Assembly: GCA_051883515.1 (NCBI GenBank)
Contig: JBJETW010000014.1
Location: 1,345-65,344 of the forward strand
Source: Candidatus Onthoplasma sp.
GTDB lineage: Bacteria > Bacillota > Clostridia > Christensenellales > UBA1242
Length of the DNA stretch: 64,000 bases
Reading direction: 5' to 3'
A model generated the notes under the pieces. That model saw only the letters and a program-made list of their open reading frames with translations. It was not told where the DNA came from and made no database searches. This document shows positions 1-15,000 of this stretch, in pieces. The position numbers and the translations under genes are program-made. Position 1 is the first letter of the stretch. Each line of letters starts with the position of its first letter.

Positions 1-3000
1 AATCGTGATTATTAAATATTGTTCAGTTTTACCTTCTGTTACGTTAATTTTATTGCCAACTCTCGCTATTTCATTTAGTTGTGTTGAACCTAAATAATAA
101 CTACCATATTTATTAAACTCATTCTCATTTATATCTTTTATTATGTCATCCACTTTAATAGAGTGTGCGACTTTGCTTGAGTCTGTCAATATGATATAAT
201 AGCCTTCCCCTCCTTTACGTTCAGTTATCTCTTGAATTCCTTTTGGATTGCTTGCATCATCATATTGATATCCTGACATAAGTTTTTTATAGTAGAAATA
301 TGTTGCATCCATGCTGATTGTGCCATTGACATCATCACGCACATAAGTTCTATCTTCTGAAATTGCAGTGCCAGTTGTGTAAGGATTTTGGAAATATCCA
401 GGATAAACATTTACATAAATATCTTCATGTGAAGTTGAAACGGCATAGGTTTCTTTTAAATAGTCCGTATAATCATATGCGGTGCCAGAACCTGAACCAT
501 TAAATTGATAAACCACATCTTTATAAGTAGTTATTGTTTCTGTTTTTCCGCCGTCTGTTATCTTTGTTTCGGTTTTTTCTTTAACTGAAATATAATTTAT
601 TCCATCAACTTTAGATAAATCTTCTCCATCATGTATAAATTTTGCAACTTTACTTGTAGATTTATCTGTTCCATTTGCTGTGTAATATACTATATTGAAA
701 TATTGATAACCTTGTTTTAATTCTTTCTTTTCTGTATTGGTTAATTTTTTATATTTAAACTTAATTTCCTGTGTCGTTGATTCGCTTTCAACATAGTTGT
801 TGTCGCCAGTTGGAACAATATATTTTTCATTAACAGAATCCCATTGACCTGCAACATAAGTTATTCCATCTTTAGTTGCTTTTAATTCATCTCCAAACTC
901 TGAGAAATCAACAATTTCTTGAGTGATAAATTTATCTTCCTTGTTTGCTCCTGCATAGACATACCATACTCCATTGTCATAGACATATTTTACATAACAC
1001 TTTCCTGTATGACTTCCATTCTTGTCTGTAAAGGTGTAGTTATCCATGTTTGATATTTTTGTTTCATATGGCAAATATGTCTCATATTCCCCATTATTTG
1101 TTTGAACAAAGTAATAATATTCAGAATAATAATTTGATGGTTTAGATTTAGAATATTCTCTATACATCTTTCCATTTATTGTTTTATAAATTGAGAATGG
1201 TGAATCAAGTTTTCCATCTTTGTAATAAACTGCTGTCATATTCATTGTGGTTTGCAATCCATAATTATATCCTTTTGCTGAAATGTAGGTGCTATTGGCA
1301 ATATATAATGCTTTCATTTGTTCCATAATTTCTTGATTTGCACTATTTATATTAATGTCAATCATTGACAAAGCTCCAATTAATAATATTGAACCAATAA
1401 ATATAAATGCAGCACCTCCAGTTGCTATACAAATTAATCCTCCCAAAATGAACGCTCCTATAACCCAGATACTTACATCTTCATTATCTGATTTAATGAA
1501 ATCAGAATCAGTGTTCCAATTTGGCTGATATCCCCATACTTCAAATACCGAACCTGATTTAGGAATTTCAGAAAGATTATTATTAGGCACCACAGTCATA
1601 GTTCCATTATTATAGAATAGTTTGAATGAATAATAAGCTTCGTCCCCTTTATATTTACATCCTAGAACAGGGTTAATCATTAATTCGCTCTTCTTGTTGA
1701 ATATCTTGTTATCATTTAATTTTAACACATAGAGATTATATCTTCCATCTTCTAATATACCTTTATAGGTTTCTCCGTTATCTTCAGTGTCTATAAATAT
1801 ACTATCAATAGATTTATTTTCAGAATCTTCTGTAAATGCACTCATAGGTTTATTTTCTTCGTTAAACATCAACATTGCAATACCATTTCTTGTGTATAAA
1901 TATACTTCTCCTTCAGCTTTCTCGTACACAGTATATTCAATGGTTTCTATCTTTTTGCCATCTGCATCAGTTTGTTGTTTGCAAGCAACATCTTTTACGT
2001 TGATTGCATCGTAAAGCGTTGCGAGCGAATCTCCTGTGGCAACATTTGGTTGAGATATTCTTCTTTGAAGAACTCTGAAACCTGTGTATTCATGAGCCCA
2101 ACCCCAACCTTCTAATTTAGATTCTGATTTTGCTTCTGGAATTAATGGATTTCCATAATATGTTTTTGAAGAACCTGAAATATTGAATTTATCCAAATTT
2201 ACATATGAAGCTTGACCATAAATATAAACAACACCGCTTTCTTTTTCTGATGAGAATTGACTGGTTCCTTCTGCATAGTTTTGGTTTTGAATTGTGTTAA
2301 CTGTAAATGGCTCTTCATGTGTACCTTTGAGAGTGACTGTCACTCCACCTGATTGTTGTGGCGTTGACAACATTCCCGCGAATGCACCAAATTGTGCCCT
2401 TGAACCAACAATTGTTAATCCATAAATTCCACAACCTTCCAATACTGCGCCATCGTTCATGTGAAGTCTTCCAACAAGTCCGCCAACGTAGTAAGAATTT
2501 GCCACATTAAGTGTAATTCCCACTTTTCCTGTTGTCGTGGTGGTTTCGCCATCTTCTGAAGTCGTTTTACTTCCAATTGCCAATGTGTTTTTGTTTGTAG
2601 ATGAAAAGTTTAGTTTTCCGAACAGACCGCCGATGTAGAATCCGCCAAATTCACTTTGAACGTTGATTGAACCTTCCCCAGTCAAATCTTGTGAGTTAAG
2701 TGAAATGGAAACATTAGAATTTGTATCTAAATATCCAACCAATCCACCAACGTTGTATGCGCCACTTATATCATTTGCACCGTAAATTTGTGGAAGACCA
2801 GATTCGTCAAATTGAGAATTTAATTCAGCATAACCGAAAATTGTGCCTGCGTTGATTGCAAGTTGTGCATTTATCGTTGTTCCAACAACGTAGTTTGTTT
2901 GAATCACTGAACTTGCTTGCTGTAAACTGCCTGAATCAATTGTTCCAACAAGTCCACCAAACCCTGATTTTACTTCATCAAACTTAATTTTCGTTGTGTT

Positions 3001-6000
3001 TTCGTTCAAATTTAATATTGTTTTATGGTCTTTGTTCACATTAACCATATAGTTGCTGACTGTGCTTATAACTGCTCCGTCGCTTTCAACTTGTGAACCT
3101 ATGCTTGCGAACACAATGTTGTTATTAACTTTTGCAACATTATTTTCTCCGCTCTTGACTTGTCCTGCCAAGCCACCGATTGATGTTGGAATGAAGTCCG
3201 CAGTCTTATCAGTGTCAACTTTATATGAATACTTATATCTAACACCATTGATTTGTGTTGTTTTTGTAGATTCGCCAACAATGTTGTCTTTGATGGTGAT
3301 TTCGTTTGCATATCCGACCACTCCACCCACATTTGCATTTCCGAAAATTGAACTTGTTCCGCTAATTGCAAAGTTGGAGACAGTGAGCATATATCCGCTT
3401 GCGTATCCAACCACTCCGCCGACATTTATAACTCCGCCGACATTTGCCGTTGTTGCAGTATAGCCTTCAATTGATACTGATGTTCCGTCATATGTGAGAT
3501 CGCTTCCTTTAATTCCGCCTTTGATTGTCACAGTTTTGTCACCGGCGTCAATTGAACCAATCAATCCGCCGACATTTTGATATCCAAACACTAAAGCATC
3601 GTTTGATAATCCACTTATTGTCACAGTGCCAGACACTCCGTTTACGTCAACACATCCGAACACACCGCCCACATTAATTGAGCGAGCATATTTTGTGGTG
3701 CCATCTTCTGATGAAATTGCTTTGTTTGCGTCACTCACTCCATTTTGAGTTATTGCTGCGCTATTTGCAAGGTTGAAGTCTTTGTTAGTTGATTCACCAT
3801 CTTGTATTATTGGGTCCGCACTTGCAATATACTTGCCGGCGACGCCACCGACGTTTTTAACTTCCACAATCGCTGTCTTGTTGCCTGTGATGTTGATTTG
3901 ATTGCCGTTTGTCACAGCAGTTGATGTGCCTGATTCTTTCAACACCCCAAACAATCCACCTATGTTTGTGTATGTGATGCTGACATTTGAATTGCCATCA
4001 AATCCTGTGAATGATATTACTGCGTGATTTGCTCCGCCTAAAAGGTCTTCATAGCCTTTCTTCCACTTTGACGTTGTTGGCGTCACTCCTGAAAGACCAC
4101 CTTGTACATTACCGAACACTCCGCCCACGTTTGTTGTTCCACAAAGTGTGACAATTCCGAGCGTCGTTTCCGTGTCTATGTCTACCATTCCTGAATTGTA
4201 TATTCCTGAAATTCCGCCAAGGTTAGAAATGTTGTTAGCGTAAATTGTGAGAACATTTTTTTGTTTTAACACATTATACTCGTCATCTTTCAAAGATACA
4301 TGGATATCTCCGCCTTGACTTCCTGCAAACAAACCAACGCCCGTGTTCTTACTATCTTCGGCAGAAGTTGTTCCTTTGACAGTGAATGATTTGATATTAG
4401 TGCCAAATGTTGAAGCAGACACCGAACCTGATGCAACTTTTCCAGCCAAAAGTGACACAAAGTGCTCGTCATCACCTGTTGAAGTTGAATAAATTGTTAA
4501 TTTATTTGAACTTTGTGTGATTAAACAAGATATGAAATCGACATTGACATTTATCTTGTCGCCACCTTCAACAACCTTGCCTACTTCTCCAACCAAACCG
4601 CCAAATGTGTTTGTTTTAATGCTATTCCCAACAAAGTTGACAACAATTTTTTGAATTCCGTCTGTAATTATTTTATTTCCGCCGTCGTCAACCTCTGTGT
4701 TGGACAAAACATCTCCGCTTATTCTGCCGACGATTCCACCAAGTATCGCATTTGTTGTTAGAGTATCGCCGTCATCTTCCGCGATTATGTTGATAGTCGT
4801 GTTTAAACTATCACCAAGAATTGAACCACCGCTCATTTCTCCAATAAGTCCACCTGCAACTCCACAGTTAGAGAATTGAACATATAATTCATTTTCTGTT
4901 CCAAAAGTTAATTTTCCGCTGGTCCTGGTCATTGATGAAGCAATAAGTCCTGAGTTGCCTTTTCCTGAAATGGTCAATTGATAAATGTTTGAGCCACTAT
5001 TCTCTCCCAACTTCAAATTTACGACTGTTAAATCTCCTGAAATTGTGTTAACCAATCCGCCAACATTTTCTCCCGCAATTGAAGCCTCTGTTGAATAATT
5101 AACATCGTTGATTGTTGTTATTCCTGAAACAGTTCCTGCAATTGGTCCAGTCGTTTCTGAGAACGAGCCAAGAGTTAAGTGTCCAATATATGCGTTTGAT
5201 ACACTATCGAATAATCCTGTTCCATTTATTCCGCTGATTGTTGCTTTTCCATCTTCCGTGAAATTAAAGTTTGGATTTGACACAAACACGCCTGTGAAGT
5301 TCCAATACGCTGTCCAACTTTCACAACCTTTTATGTCGTAAATTAGAACATAGTTTAAATCTTGATTATTAAGATTGCTAACAAGAGTTCCCAAAACTTG
5401 GAATAAACCTAAATGAGGAATCTTGACTGCAGTTGTGTAATCGGTGCTATCTGATAATAATTGATTGTATCTTGCAGATAATTGCTCAATAAGCTCTTTC
5501 TTTCCATTAATTGTGGAATCTAAGAAATCTCCTTTTCCTGTTTCGTTTTGGTGATTATAATCAATGGTGTCTTTACCTAAATTTAGAATTGGATAACCAA
5601 AGTTTTTGCCAAATAAAGATGTGTTTGTTGTTGAATTTTCATAAACATAGTGCCAATTTCCAACCAAACCGCTTGTGCCGTCAACTTGCATTAATGCTTT
5701 TGTTTCAACTGTTGTAAGTCGTCTGTCTAATTCTATTTTTTCATTGTTTGCATATTGGTCGATATAGCAATTTTCGTAAGAAACTGAATCATCTTCTCCA
5801 CCAATTCCGCCCAAAATTGAATTTTTGCCTAGATTGGTTATAACTCCAGCATTGTAGCAGTTATACAAATATGTTATTGAGTTTGCGACAGCAAATCCAA
5901 CAATTCCGCCTGCAGTGTTGCTAGAATTGTTTATATATCCAGTGAAGAAACATGAAACAATATTTCCATTGCTGTTTTGTCCGACAATTCCGCCAAGAGT

Positions 6001-9000
6001 TTGGTTTGTTGACAAAATTTCTGCTGAAGAATATGAACTGTGAACAAGACCACTGTTCAGTCCAACAACGAGTCCAACCGCACTTTCCGATGTATTAATT
6101 GTTAAGCCATGACCTTGAACAGAGCAGTTGAATATCATTCCTTGGTTTTCGCTCGCAACAAGACCATCAGATGAGATAGTTGATCCATCAGCTAGTTGCA
6201 CGTGAATGTTTGAAACAACTGAGTGTTTGTTAATTGTTTTAACCAATGGTGAAGATACAATTATGTCAGTTTCATTTCCGATTATCATTCCATTGAGAGC
6301 AACAAGTTTATCAGATGTTGATAACAAATAATATGTGTAATTTCCGCTAGTTTCCCAAGATGTTGTATCATTAGATATAGAAATAGGGTTTAAACTTGTT
6401 CCTAATGTGTAGTCATAATTTCCAGCAGAGCCTCCAACAGCTGACATGATTTCATATGTTCTCATTGCTTGCAACATTGTTGCCAAATATGGAACATTGC
6501 TTGTCACGCTCCACAACTCTGAATTGTCTGAAAGGTTTTCCTTCATCGCGTTGTTTGATGAGAAGAAATTTCCTGAGTTTATATTTGTGCCAAATGTATC
6601 AGTTGCAAGTGAAACATCAACTGAGTAGAAGACATTTATAACATTGCATTCGCTATTTTCTTCAGTTGTTCCATCACCAACGAGTGCGTTGATTTCGTTT
6701 TCGCTCATTGTGTTTGCTGAAATTGAGTCTTGAATCAAACTTGAAGTTGAAATTATGTTTTCTGCGTTTATTGTTCTTGTTGATTTTCCAACCAAGCCAC
6801 CAGCATACACAATTAATGATTCTGATGCGTTAAATGGAATAATTCGACCTGAGGTGACTGCGTCGTTTATTGTCAAAGTGCCAGTGTTATGTCCAACAAA
6901 TCCGCCCGCATAAACTTGTGTGGCCACAGTTGAACCAACCGTCATAGCTACATTTGAAACAACTTCATTTAAGTTTGCAGTTCCGCTTGTTGTCGCAATC
7001 ACACCGCCAGCATAAACCGCAATTAATTTTTCATTTTCGTTTGTTCCTTCAACCGTGTTAATTTCACCAGTGAACAAGCATTGTGTCATGTTAATTCCCT
7101 TTGCATTGCCCACACCGCCAGACACCATTATTGTGTTTGCATCAAGTGCGGTTGTGTCAATGTTGGTTTTTGCATTGGTTGACCTGATATATTTGTCTTC
7201 TGCTTGAATTTCTCCGATGAGACCACCAATCTTAATTGAATTTGAAGCAGTTTGATTTCCACCTTGATCTGTTGTTTTTGTATTCAACGTTCCATCAAGT
7301 GTTATGTCTGCCAACACGTCTGAACTTGACACAGATGTGCTATCGTTATATCCCATCAAACCACCAATGTAGGCATTTGCTGTTGTGTCGTTGAATGTGA
7401 CATTCATTTTTATTGAATGAGAAGCGTCAGCTCCGACTTTGATTGATGAAATTGCTCCGTTTGTAATTTTTCCGATTGCTCCGCCAATGTAAGCCGATTC
7501 ACAAGCGCCAACTTCAACATTGAATTCAGCATTTTGCGATGTTGAACCGACAAGAGAAGATGAAATTGTCATGCTTCTGCCTTCTTCTGCTTCCGCATTT
7601 CCAATCAATCCAGCGCAGAATACATCGCCAGTATTTGCCAAGTTTGCATTTACTGTGCCAGTGAATTTTGCATCAGTTATGTTGACACCAGTTGCATTGC
7701 AAATAAGTCCCGCAAATGATTTAATTGTTTTGTTTGTTAAATCAAGAACCGCGCTTTCGTTATTGTCAATATTTCCGTTATTGATTTGCACGCTAACTGC
7801 TGAAATTTCTGTTCCAGTGGCGTTTGGAGTTAACAATCCGATTTCGAGATTGTCAGATTGAGGAGTTATGCTCGTATATTCAAAGATAAGATTTGAAACA
7901 ATTGCATTTTCTCCAATTGACCTAAAGAATCCCGAACCTGTTCCACCTGAAGCAGTTGGTTTCAAAACAATGTTTGAAATTTTTGCTGGTTGTTTCTTTG
8001 TTGCTGAAAGTTTTTCGCCACGAATTGTTCCTGTGAAGTTAATATCTAAGACATAATTTTCATAGGTTCCTTTTAACACTATATCATTATCAATGACATA
8101 ATTCCCATTTGGGTTGGCACGAATGTATGCAAAATCCGACTCTTCCTTTATATGGATTTCGTTTTTATTACTTTCAGTCAAAAGCAATGGGAAATATTTA
8201 AGGTTGTCAAAACTCCAATATCCAACCACTTGCCATGACAAGAATATTTCGTTGAATAAATTATATTGTTCGCTGATATTGCTTGCTGAGACGTCGTATA
8301 AAGTTTGTAAACTTCTAGTTTTTAAATTGATTTCGTTCGAATTTACAACTTTTTCTCCATCGTAGGCATATGTTCCGACATAAACTTGTGTTAAAGCGTT
8401 GTCTGAAATTGTTTTGATATAATTGTCTGTTGCGTCTTTGTAGTCCGCACTTAGATAATCAATTGTTGTTGTGCTATTCACTTTCAAAGCGTTTTTGTTT
8501 AACAACAATGTTGAGAATGTGAATGAAACACTTGTGTGTTTTTCTTCAGTTGTGCCAAGTTTTGCAACTGCGATGTTGTTATATACTGAAATTTCCTCAT
8601 TTCTTGCTGGACTTGTTTGTTTTATGCCATATGCTGAACCGATGAGACCACCAACATTTTGCATATTGTTGTTAAGGTTAACAAATGGCACCGCATATGA
8701 ATATGTGATTGAAGATGCGACTGAAACACCGACAAGTCCACCGACTGTCACACCATTTGCTAAACTTGCTTTGCTATAAGACGCGCTGATTGAACCGCCG
8801 ATGTTAACTCCAACAAGTCCACCAGTGTATCCTTTTGAAGAAAGCAAGTTGAGATTATATTCTTCACTTGTCAAAGTTGATGAATCTGAGCCGGTCAAAA
8901 TGTATTCTTTCAAGAAATTGTCATATTTTTGACTGTCAGTATATCCTTCTTCGTCTTGTTCAATTTCGTCAACTGTCACTTGAGAAGCTGTTATTGCTCC

Positions 9001-12000
9001 CAAAGACACACCAACCAATCCGGCAGATGCTGACAAACCTTGAATTCTGTCTGTTGCGCCGAAATAATATTTTAATCTTTCACTCTTTACATTTTCTCCA
9101 ATATATCCAGCGACACCACCCGCATGACAAGCCAAAATGTTAGCCTGTTGAGTTGTTGAGTCGTCGTTGATTGTTAACTTGGTCATTTCGTCACCATTGA
9201 TTGTGATGTCTGACAAGTTATATGTTTCATTATTCCTATTCTTTATGTCAACAACACCTGCAAGTCCACCGGCAAATGATAATGTTGAAATATAGTCTGT
9301 TGTTTCACCTTCTTCAAAATATTTCGTGCCTTTTGATTTATAATCATCAGCGCTGTAGTACATATTTGTACTTTGACTGCCAGCATTTACGCTGATATTT
9401 GAAGTGATGTTTTTAACAACGCTCTTGCCTGTGATAATTCCGGCAAGTCCACCAACAATGTTGTTTCCGTTGATGACTGTTCCCGAACCATTTAAGTTGA
9501 CATTTATGATAACTGAGTTGTCAATTTGCCCTGCAAGTCCACCAGAGAATTTTGCAAGACTTGTTGAGAATGTTCCGCTTTCAAATTCCAAAGTGATATT
9601 TTTTATGTATGAATTTTGAATTTTTGAGAACAATCCGACTGAATATCCTCTTTCGCTGTCACCAGCTGACAAATAAATGTTGGAAATTTTCAATCCGTTT
9701 CCATCGAAACTTGAAATTTCATTGCTATATTGACTTCCAAATGTGTAATTAAGTTTTGTGTTTATTGAAGTTGAACTGAAATCAATGTTATCAATAAGTT
9801 TGAAATATCCGCTGATATTTTTTATTCCCCCATCAGTTCCAGTCAAAATGTTATTAAATTCTGTGTCGTCTCGAATGATGAATGGGTTTGTTTCTTTTCC
9901 TTGCGCATATTTAACCGCATTGGTGTAAACATATTTTCCATTTTTGTCTTGTTCTTTGAAATATCTATATGAAATTGCAATTTGATTTGCACTTGTGATT
10001 TCTGGCAACAATTGTCTGTTGTTTTTCACGTCATAATAAGACCAAACACCTTGATTTCTTTCCACTTCTGAAGTTGAAAGCACAAACACAAATCCGTTGA
10101 GATTTTCGCTGTCTTGGAATGCGGTCAAATTCAACTCAATTGCTTGTGGAAGACCAGAATCAATAAGCGTCATTCCGTTTGAAAGGAAATATGAATTTTC
10201 AATCTTTCCGTTAGAGTTGAGAGTTGTTCCTTCTTTTCCAACGAATGGTTGTTGCGTTTCATCAGCGTTTGAAACCACATTGAATGTGCAAGCCGCGTAG
10301 CAGTTTTCAATTGTTGCTCCGTTTTGATTGTTGAACACAAATCCAGCGCTATTTGCAGAAATTGTGCAAAGTTCAGTGTTGGCAAAGGCGTTGCTGATTG
10401 TTCCGCTGTTTATGTATGCAAATCCTGCAACTGAACCATTACCCTTGTTTTCAATTCTTATGTCGTGAGTTTTTGAGTTAGTTGAATCGTTGTCTGTGAA
10501 ATATTCGCTGTTTGAATCGTGAGATTTTGTTTCACCTTTTACATATGAGTTTGTGATAACTCCAGAGTTGGTTGCAACAAATCCCGCTGTTCTGTTCTTT
10601 GATGTTGAATTTGAATAGTTCGCAATACCAGTGTTTATCACAAATGAACTTGAAATTGTTCCACTGTTTGTTCCAACAAATCCACCCACTGCTGATTGGA
10701 ATCTGTTTGCGCTCAATCCTGTTGCTGTTTCATTTCCAACAACAAACACTAATCCTGAAAGATTGATTGTGGTTTCAGTTTCATATCCTGAATTTACAAG
10801 CACTTTTGTATATTCACTTCTTCCAACGCGTGAGTTTGTTATTGTTCCACGGTTTGTTCCAACAAGCCCACCAACCGTCACTGAAATGTCAGTCGTTTGT
10901 TTTGTCAAAATCTTAATTTCTCTTGTCGTTGCATATGAATTTATAACATCGCAGTTATAAATCAACGCACCGTTGTTTGCAATCAATCCACCAAACGTGA
11001 ATGATGTTGCATCAACTTGAGTTAAATCTAGAGTGTCAAATTTTCCATAATCTACAATTATATTCTTTAAGATTGTGTTTTTTGTCACTGAATTATCTGC
11101 TGTTGCTTCTTCAGCATTGTCGACAAGCAATTGTGTGTAAGTGTCAAGGTTTGCAAACAATCCATATTCAGTTGCTGGGACGCTTGTTCCATTGCTTGTG
11201 ATTGTATTTTTAAATTTTCCAATTGTTATTGTTCTGTTGTTTCCGTCGAAACTTCCAATCTTAACATTTATTGGTTCAACACCATCTGGACAAATGTCAT
11301 TTGTGTTGATGTCGGCCAAAAGAATATAATGTCCGTTCTCAACAAGTCTGGTTGTTCCGTCTGGATTGTACATGTCAGATGCTGTTCTAATTGGAGTTGC
11401 ATTTTCTTCTGTTCCAAGTTCAACGATATTAAGAGTGAATTGAGCATTCTTTGGAGCGAGTTTATCGTTTTCTTCTTTGTAGAACTCAACTTTAACAATT
11501 CTATTATCGTCTAAATAATAATTAAAGAACAATTTGAAATTGATTTGTTTGTTGTAAACTTCATTTCCTATGATTGCAAGTGAGTTGTTGCTCCATTTCA
11601 AATCGAATGATGTGTTGGTGTCTATAAAACTCTTTTCTACACCATTGTCGATATATGAGAACAAACCTTTAAATGCATCTAAATCGAACACATCGTCAGT
11701 TGATGTAAACGATTTTATTAAATCTAAATAAATGCTAGATGAGATATCGTCTGTTTTGTCTGTTGCAAACGACAATTCAATTTCTTTTGCCCCGCCAATT
11801 TCAAGGTTGAACAAGTCTCCATAAAGATGTGCAATCTTTACATCATTGATAATATACTCAGCTGGATAGAATGTAAGCGACTTGTTTTCTGAGTTTTTTA
11901 TGCTTCCATCTCTAGTCACCAAATACATTTCTGCATTTATCTTGAAAGCACAAGGAATATCTTTGTCTACTGTGAAGCTTACGCCCAAAGTATATGCACC

Positions 12001-15000
12001 AGTTGTTGCATTATATGTTGCCGAATTATCAGTGAAAATGTTGACATAATCATAAACATTTTCTGTTTGAGAAGAATCAATCCATTCTGCTGTTATCACT
12101 GGATTTTTGTCAAATTGATATCCGAACAATTCAAGTTCAATGCGATTTCCATATGTTCCTTTTTGAACCATATAGCCATCTTCGAATTCTCTTGAAGATG
12201 CCACATAATTCATGTTGACTTCTGGCAAATATTGAGTGATTAAATTCTTTACATATGGGGATGCTTGGATAGTATTTTCCCCATCACTTGTTTCAACATT
12301 CAATGTTGCAGAAATTGTCTTTTCCACTCCACCAAATCTATCAGTCACTGCGTGAACATACAAAATTCCGTCGTAGTAGAATTCTTCGTTTTCGTCCATT
12401 CCTGAAATTAATTGAAGTTGAAGTGTATGATTTTCGTCTTGAACATAAGACAAACTTGCAGGAAGTGTTTCGAATCTGTTTGTTTTTTCATTATAGAAGA
12501 ATTGTGTGAATTGTAAATATACTTCATTGTTGAGACTTGGCACTGAAATTGTTGAACTTGTAAGCGTTGCTTTTGTCACATTTGCATACTCAGGTTCAAT
12601 GTACACAAGCATCAAGCTTCCATTTGAACTTGGGTCAAACACAACCGATTCAATTGTGTCTGCATTGATGAAGTTTCTCGTGTCTGAAACAAGACTAAAT
12701 TCTTTCACTGGGTAGTTTTCAACACGCATTGTTGAAATTTTGCTTGTTGGCTTGATTGTGAAAGTTTTTGTCGCTTGAAGTTGTGAATTGAGTGGCGAAA
12801 CGATAATGTCAAACGACATTTCGTGTGTAATATATTGATAATTTCTTCCTTCTTTCAATCCAATTGTTATGTTATAGTCATAACCATAAGATTGTTTTGT
12901 TGATTTTGCATCAATATCAAACAACTCAATCAATCTGCAGTTGTTGATATCTTTTAATTTTTCAAGTTGCTCTTCACCGCTTGTGCAGTATAAAGAAATT
13001 TGAATTCCGTCTCTTGATGAAACTTCTTCTTCAATTGTATTTTCGCTGTCAATAGGTTGCCACAATGAAGTTGTTGTTGTCCCATCAACTTCGCTTGTAT
13101 AATTCGTTGTAAGTTTTAAATCAAGTGAAATCACTCCACCAGAAGCAATTTCATCGTGGTTGCTTGAAGTTGTAAAGTCAATTGCTGTTGCTCCCTTTTT
13201 GAGAGTTAAAGTCAAAGTTGTTTTTGCAATTTCAGCCTGATTGAATACGCCTTCCTTATATCTTAAAATAACATTAAACTTAACTTCTTCATTTTCATTA
13301 TAAGTTGCGCTGTCACGAAGATTTAAAATGAACGCATTGTTGCCAACTTGCACATCGAACAAATTTGTTCCATCTTCGCTAACAACATATTTCACTTGTG
13401 AACTTGTCAAAGCGCTGTCAAAAACTGAATTGAAAGTGACATTTCCGCTTTTGTTCAAAGCAGTGATATTAATTTGTTTGCTATATGAAGCGTAGAAATC
13501 TACAACATAGTCAGTTTCGTCGCCATATCCCACGCCCGAACCTGTCAAAACAAGTTCGCTAGCACCTGGTTGAACATAGAAAGCGAAGTAAACTTCTTTT
13601 CCGCTAAACACTGAACGCGCTCTAACAATAATTGGCGTATCTCCGCTTGCACGCAAGAATGTAATTGTTTTGAAAGATTTTCCGCTTTCGTCAACTTTTG
13701 TTCCAAGTTTTGCGTAGTTTGTTCCATATCCAATAATTGAATATTCAAGTCCGGATTGAGATTTTTCTGGAACAAGACTCAAATCAATAAGTCCGTTTGG
13801 ATTATTTGAATCTATTGAATCGTTGATAAGTTTGTAAGTGTTGAATTCGTCTAGAACACTCACATAGTCAATGTTATAGAAATAGTTTACAACCACTGTT
13901 TCTGTGATTTCATAGTCTTTTAATGACTCATATTCGCCAACACCAGACACATATGTTGCCTCAATTGTTCCAATATATTTTTCGTTTAATTTTGCACTAA
14001 TTTCCGTTGGAGCAATAATTTGAAGTGGGTTTCCGCTTTCATTATCAAGAAGATATGGCAAATTGTATGTTGTATCTGTTCCTGAATTACTAATCTTAAC
14101 AACATTATATCCTGTTTCCGTTCCCCAAATTGAAGAAGATGTTTTATATTCACTATCTTCTGCTAGTGAATCAATGTCTGGAATTGAATCGTTAGTTCCA
14201 TTTAATATCACAGCATATGTTGCATTTGAAGTGTAGCCAGCGCCTGGAGTATTATTTTTTACAACATTGCCTATAAAGTATGAATTCTCAACACTCTTGT
14301 TTGATGTTAAATAAATACTGCTTGAGTCTGACGTTGCCCATAAGTTTGCTCTAACAAATGAATTTGATGTTGTTCCAGTGTCTGAAAGCACCAAACCTAC
14401 CACATCGCCCAAACCAATCAATGTCATTCCTTCGTAAGTTGTCCCCGAAGCATATGTCAAGAAACTTTCCACGCTTGAGTATGAAATTGTGCCTGAATTT
14501 TTATATGCTATTCCTGCAACATTATTTCCTTTGATTGTTCCAGTTGTTTCAATTGGAGTCGCACCAATTGTAAATTCTGATTTTGCAGAAATAACTTTCG
14601 CGTATGAAATTGTTCTGCTGTTTGTGTTAACAATTCCCGCAACATCTTTATTATCTGCAGTCAAATCCAATCCAAGAATAGCTACATTGTTTATTGCATT
14701 GCTATTGTTATAAACAACACCTGCAAGATTTGTGTTTGATTTTATTGTCCCACCGACTAAAATGTTTTCAATTGTTCCAGAGTTTTGCCCAACCACGCCA
14801 GCAACAGTGGTCGTGTCAGCGTCAGTTGCTTCTATTGTGAGATTTGCAAACACATCGTAATTTATATTTGTGAGGTTAGTTCTATCATATGTTCCTATGA
14901 TTGTCCCTGAGTTTACTCCAGCAACTAGACCAACATTGACTTTTGTTGCATTGAGAGTCAAATCATCAATTTGAACTGAGCAACCTTCAATTGTTCCGCT

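Noticed and set aside
3053-14713. Plus-strand ORFs rich in PTTPPT, PTNPPT and PASPP (e.g. 3053..3463, 9404..9619, 10631..10960, 14489..14713), which look like proline-rich repeat proteins.
   Set aside because: They are antisense shadows of the GG[LIV][VA]G codons of the giant minus-strand gene. They are short, lack RBSs and are fully embedded in it. The same applies to plus-strand ORFs inside 24666..33425.
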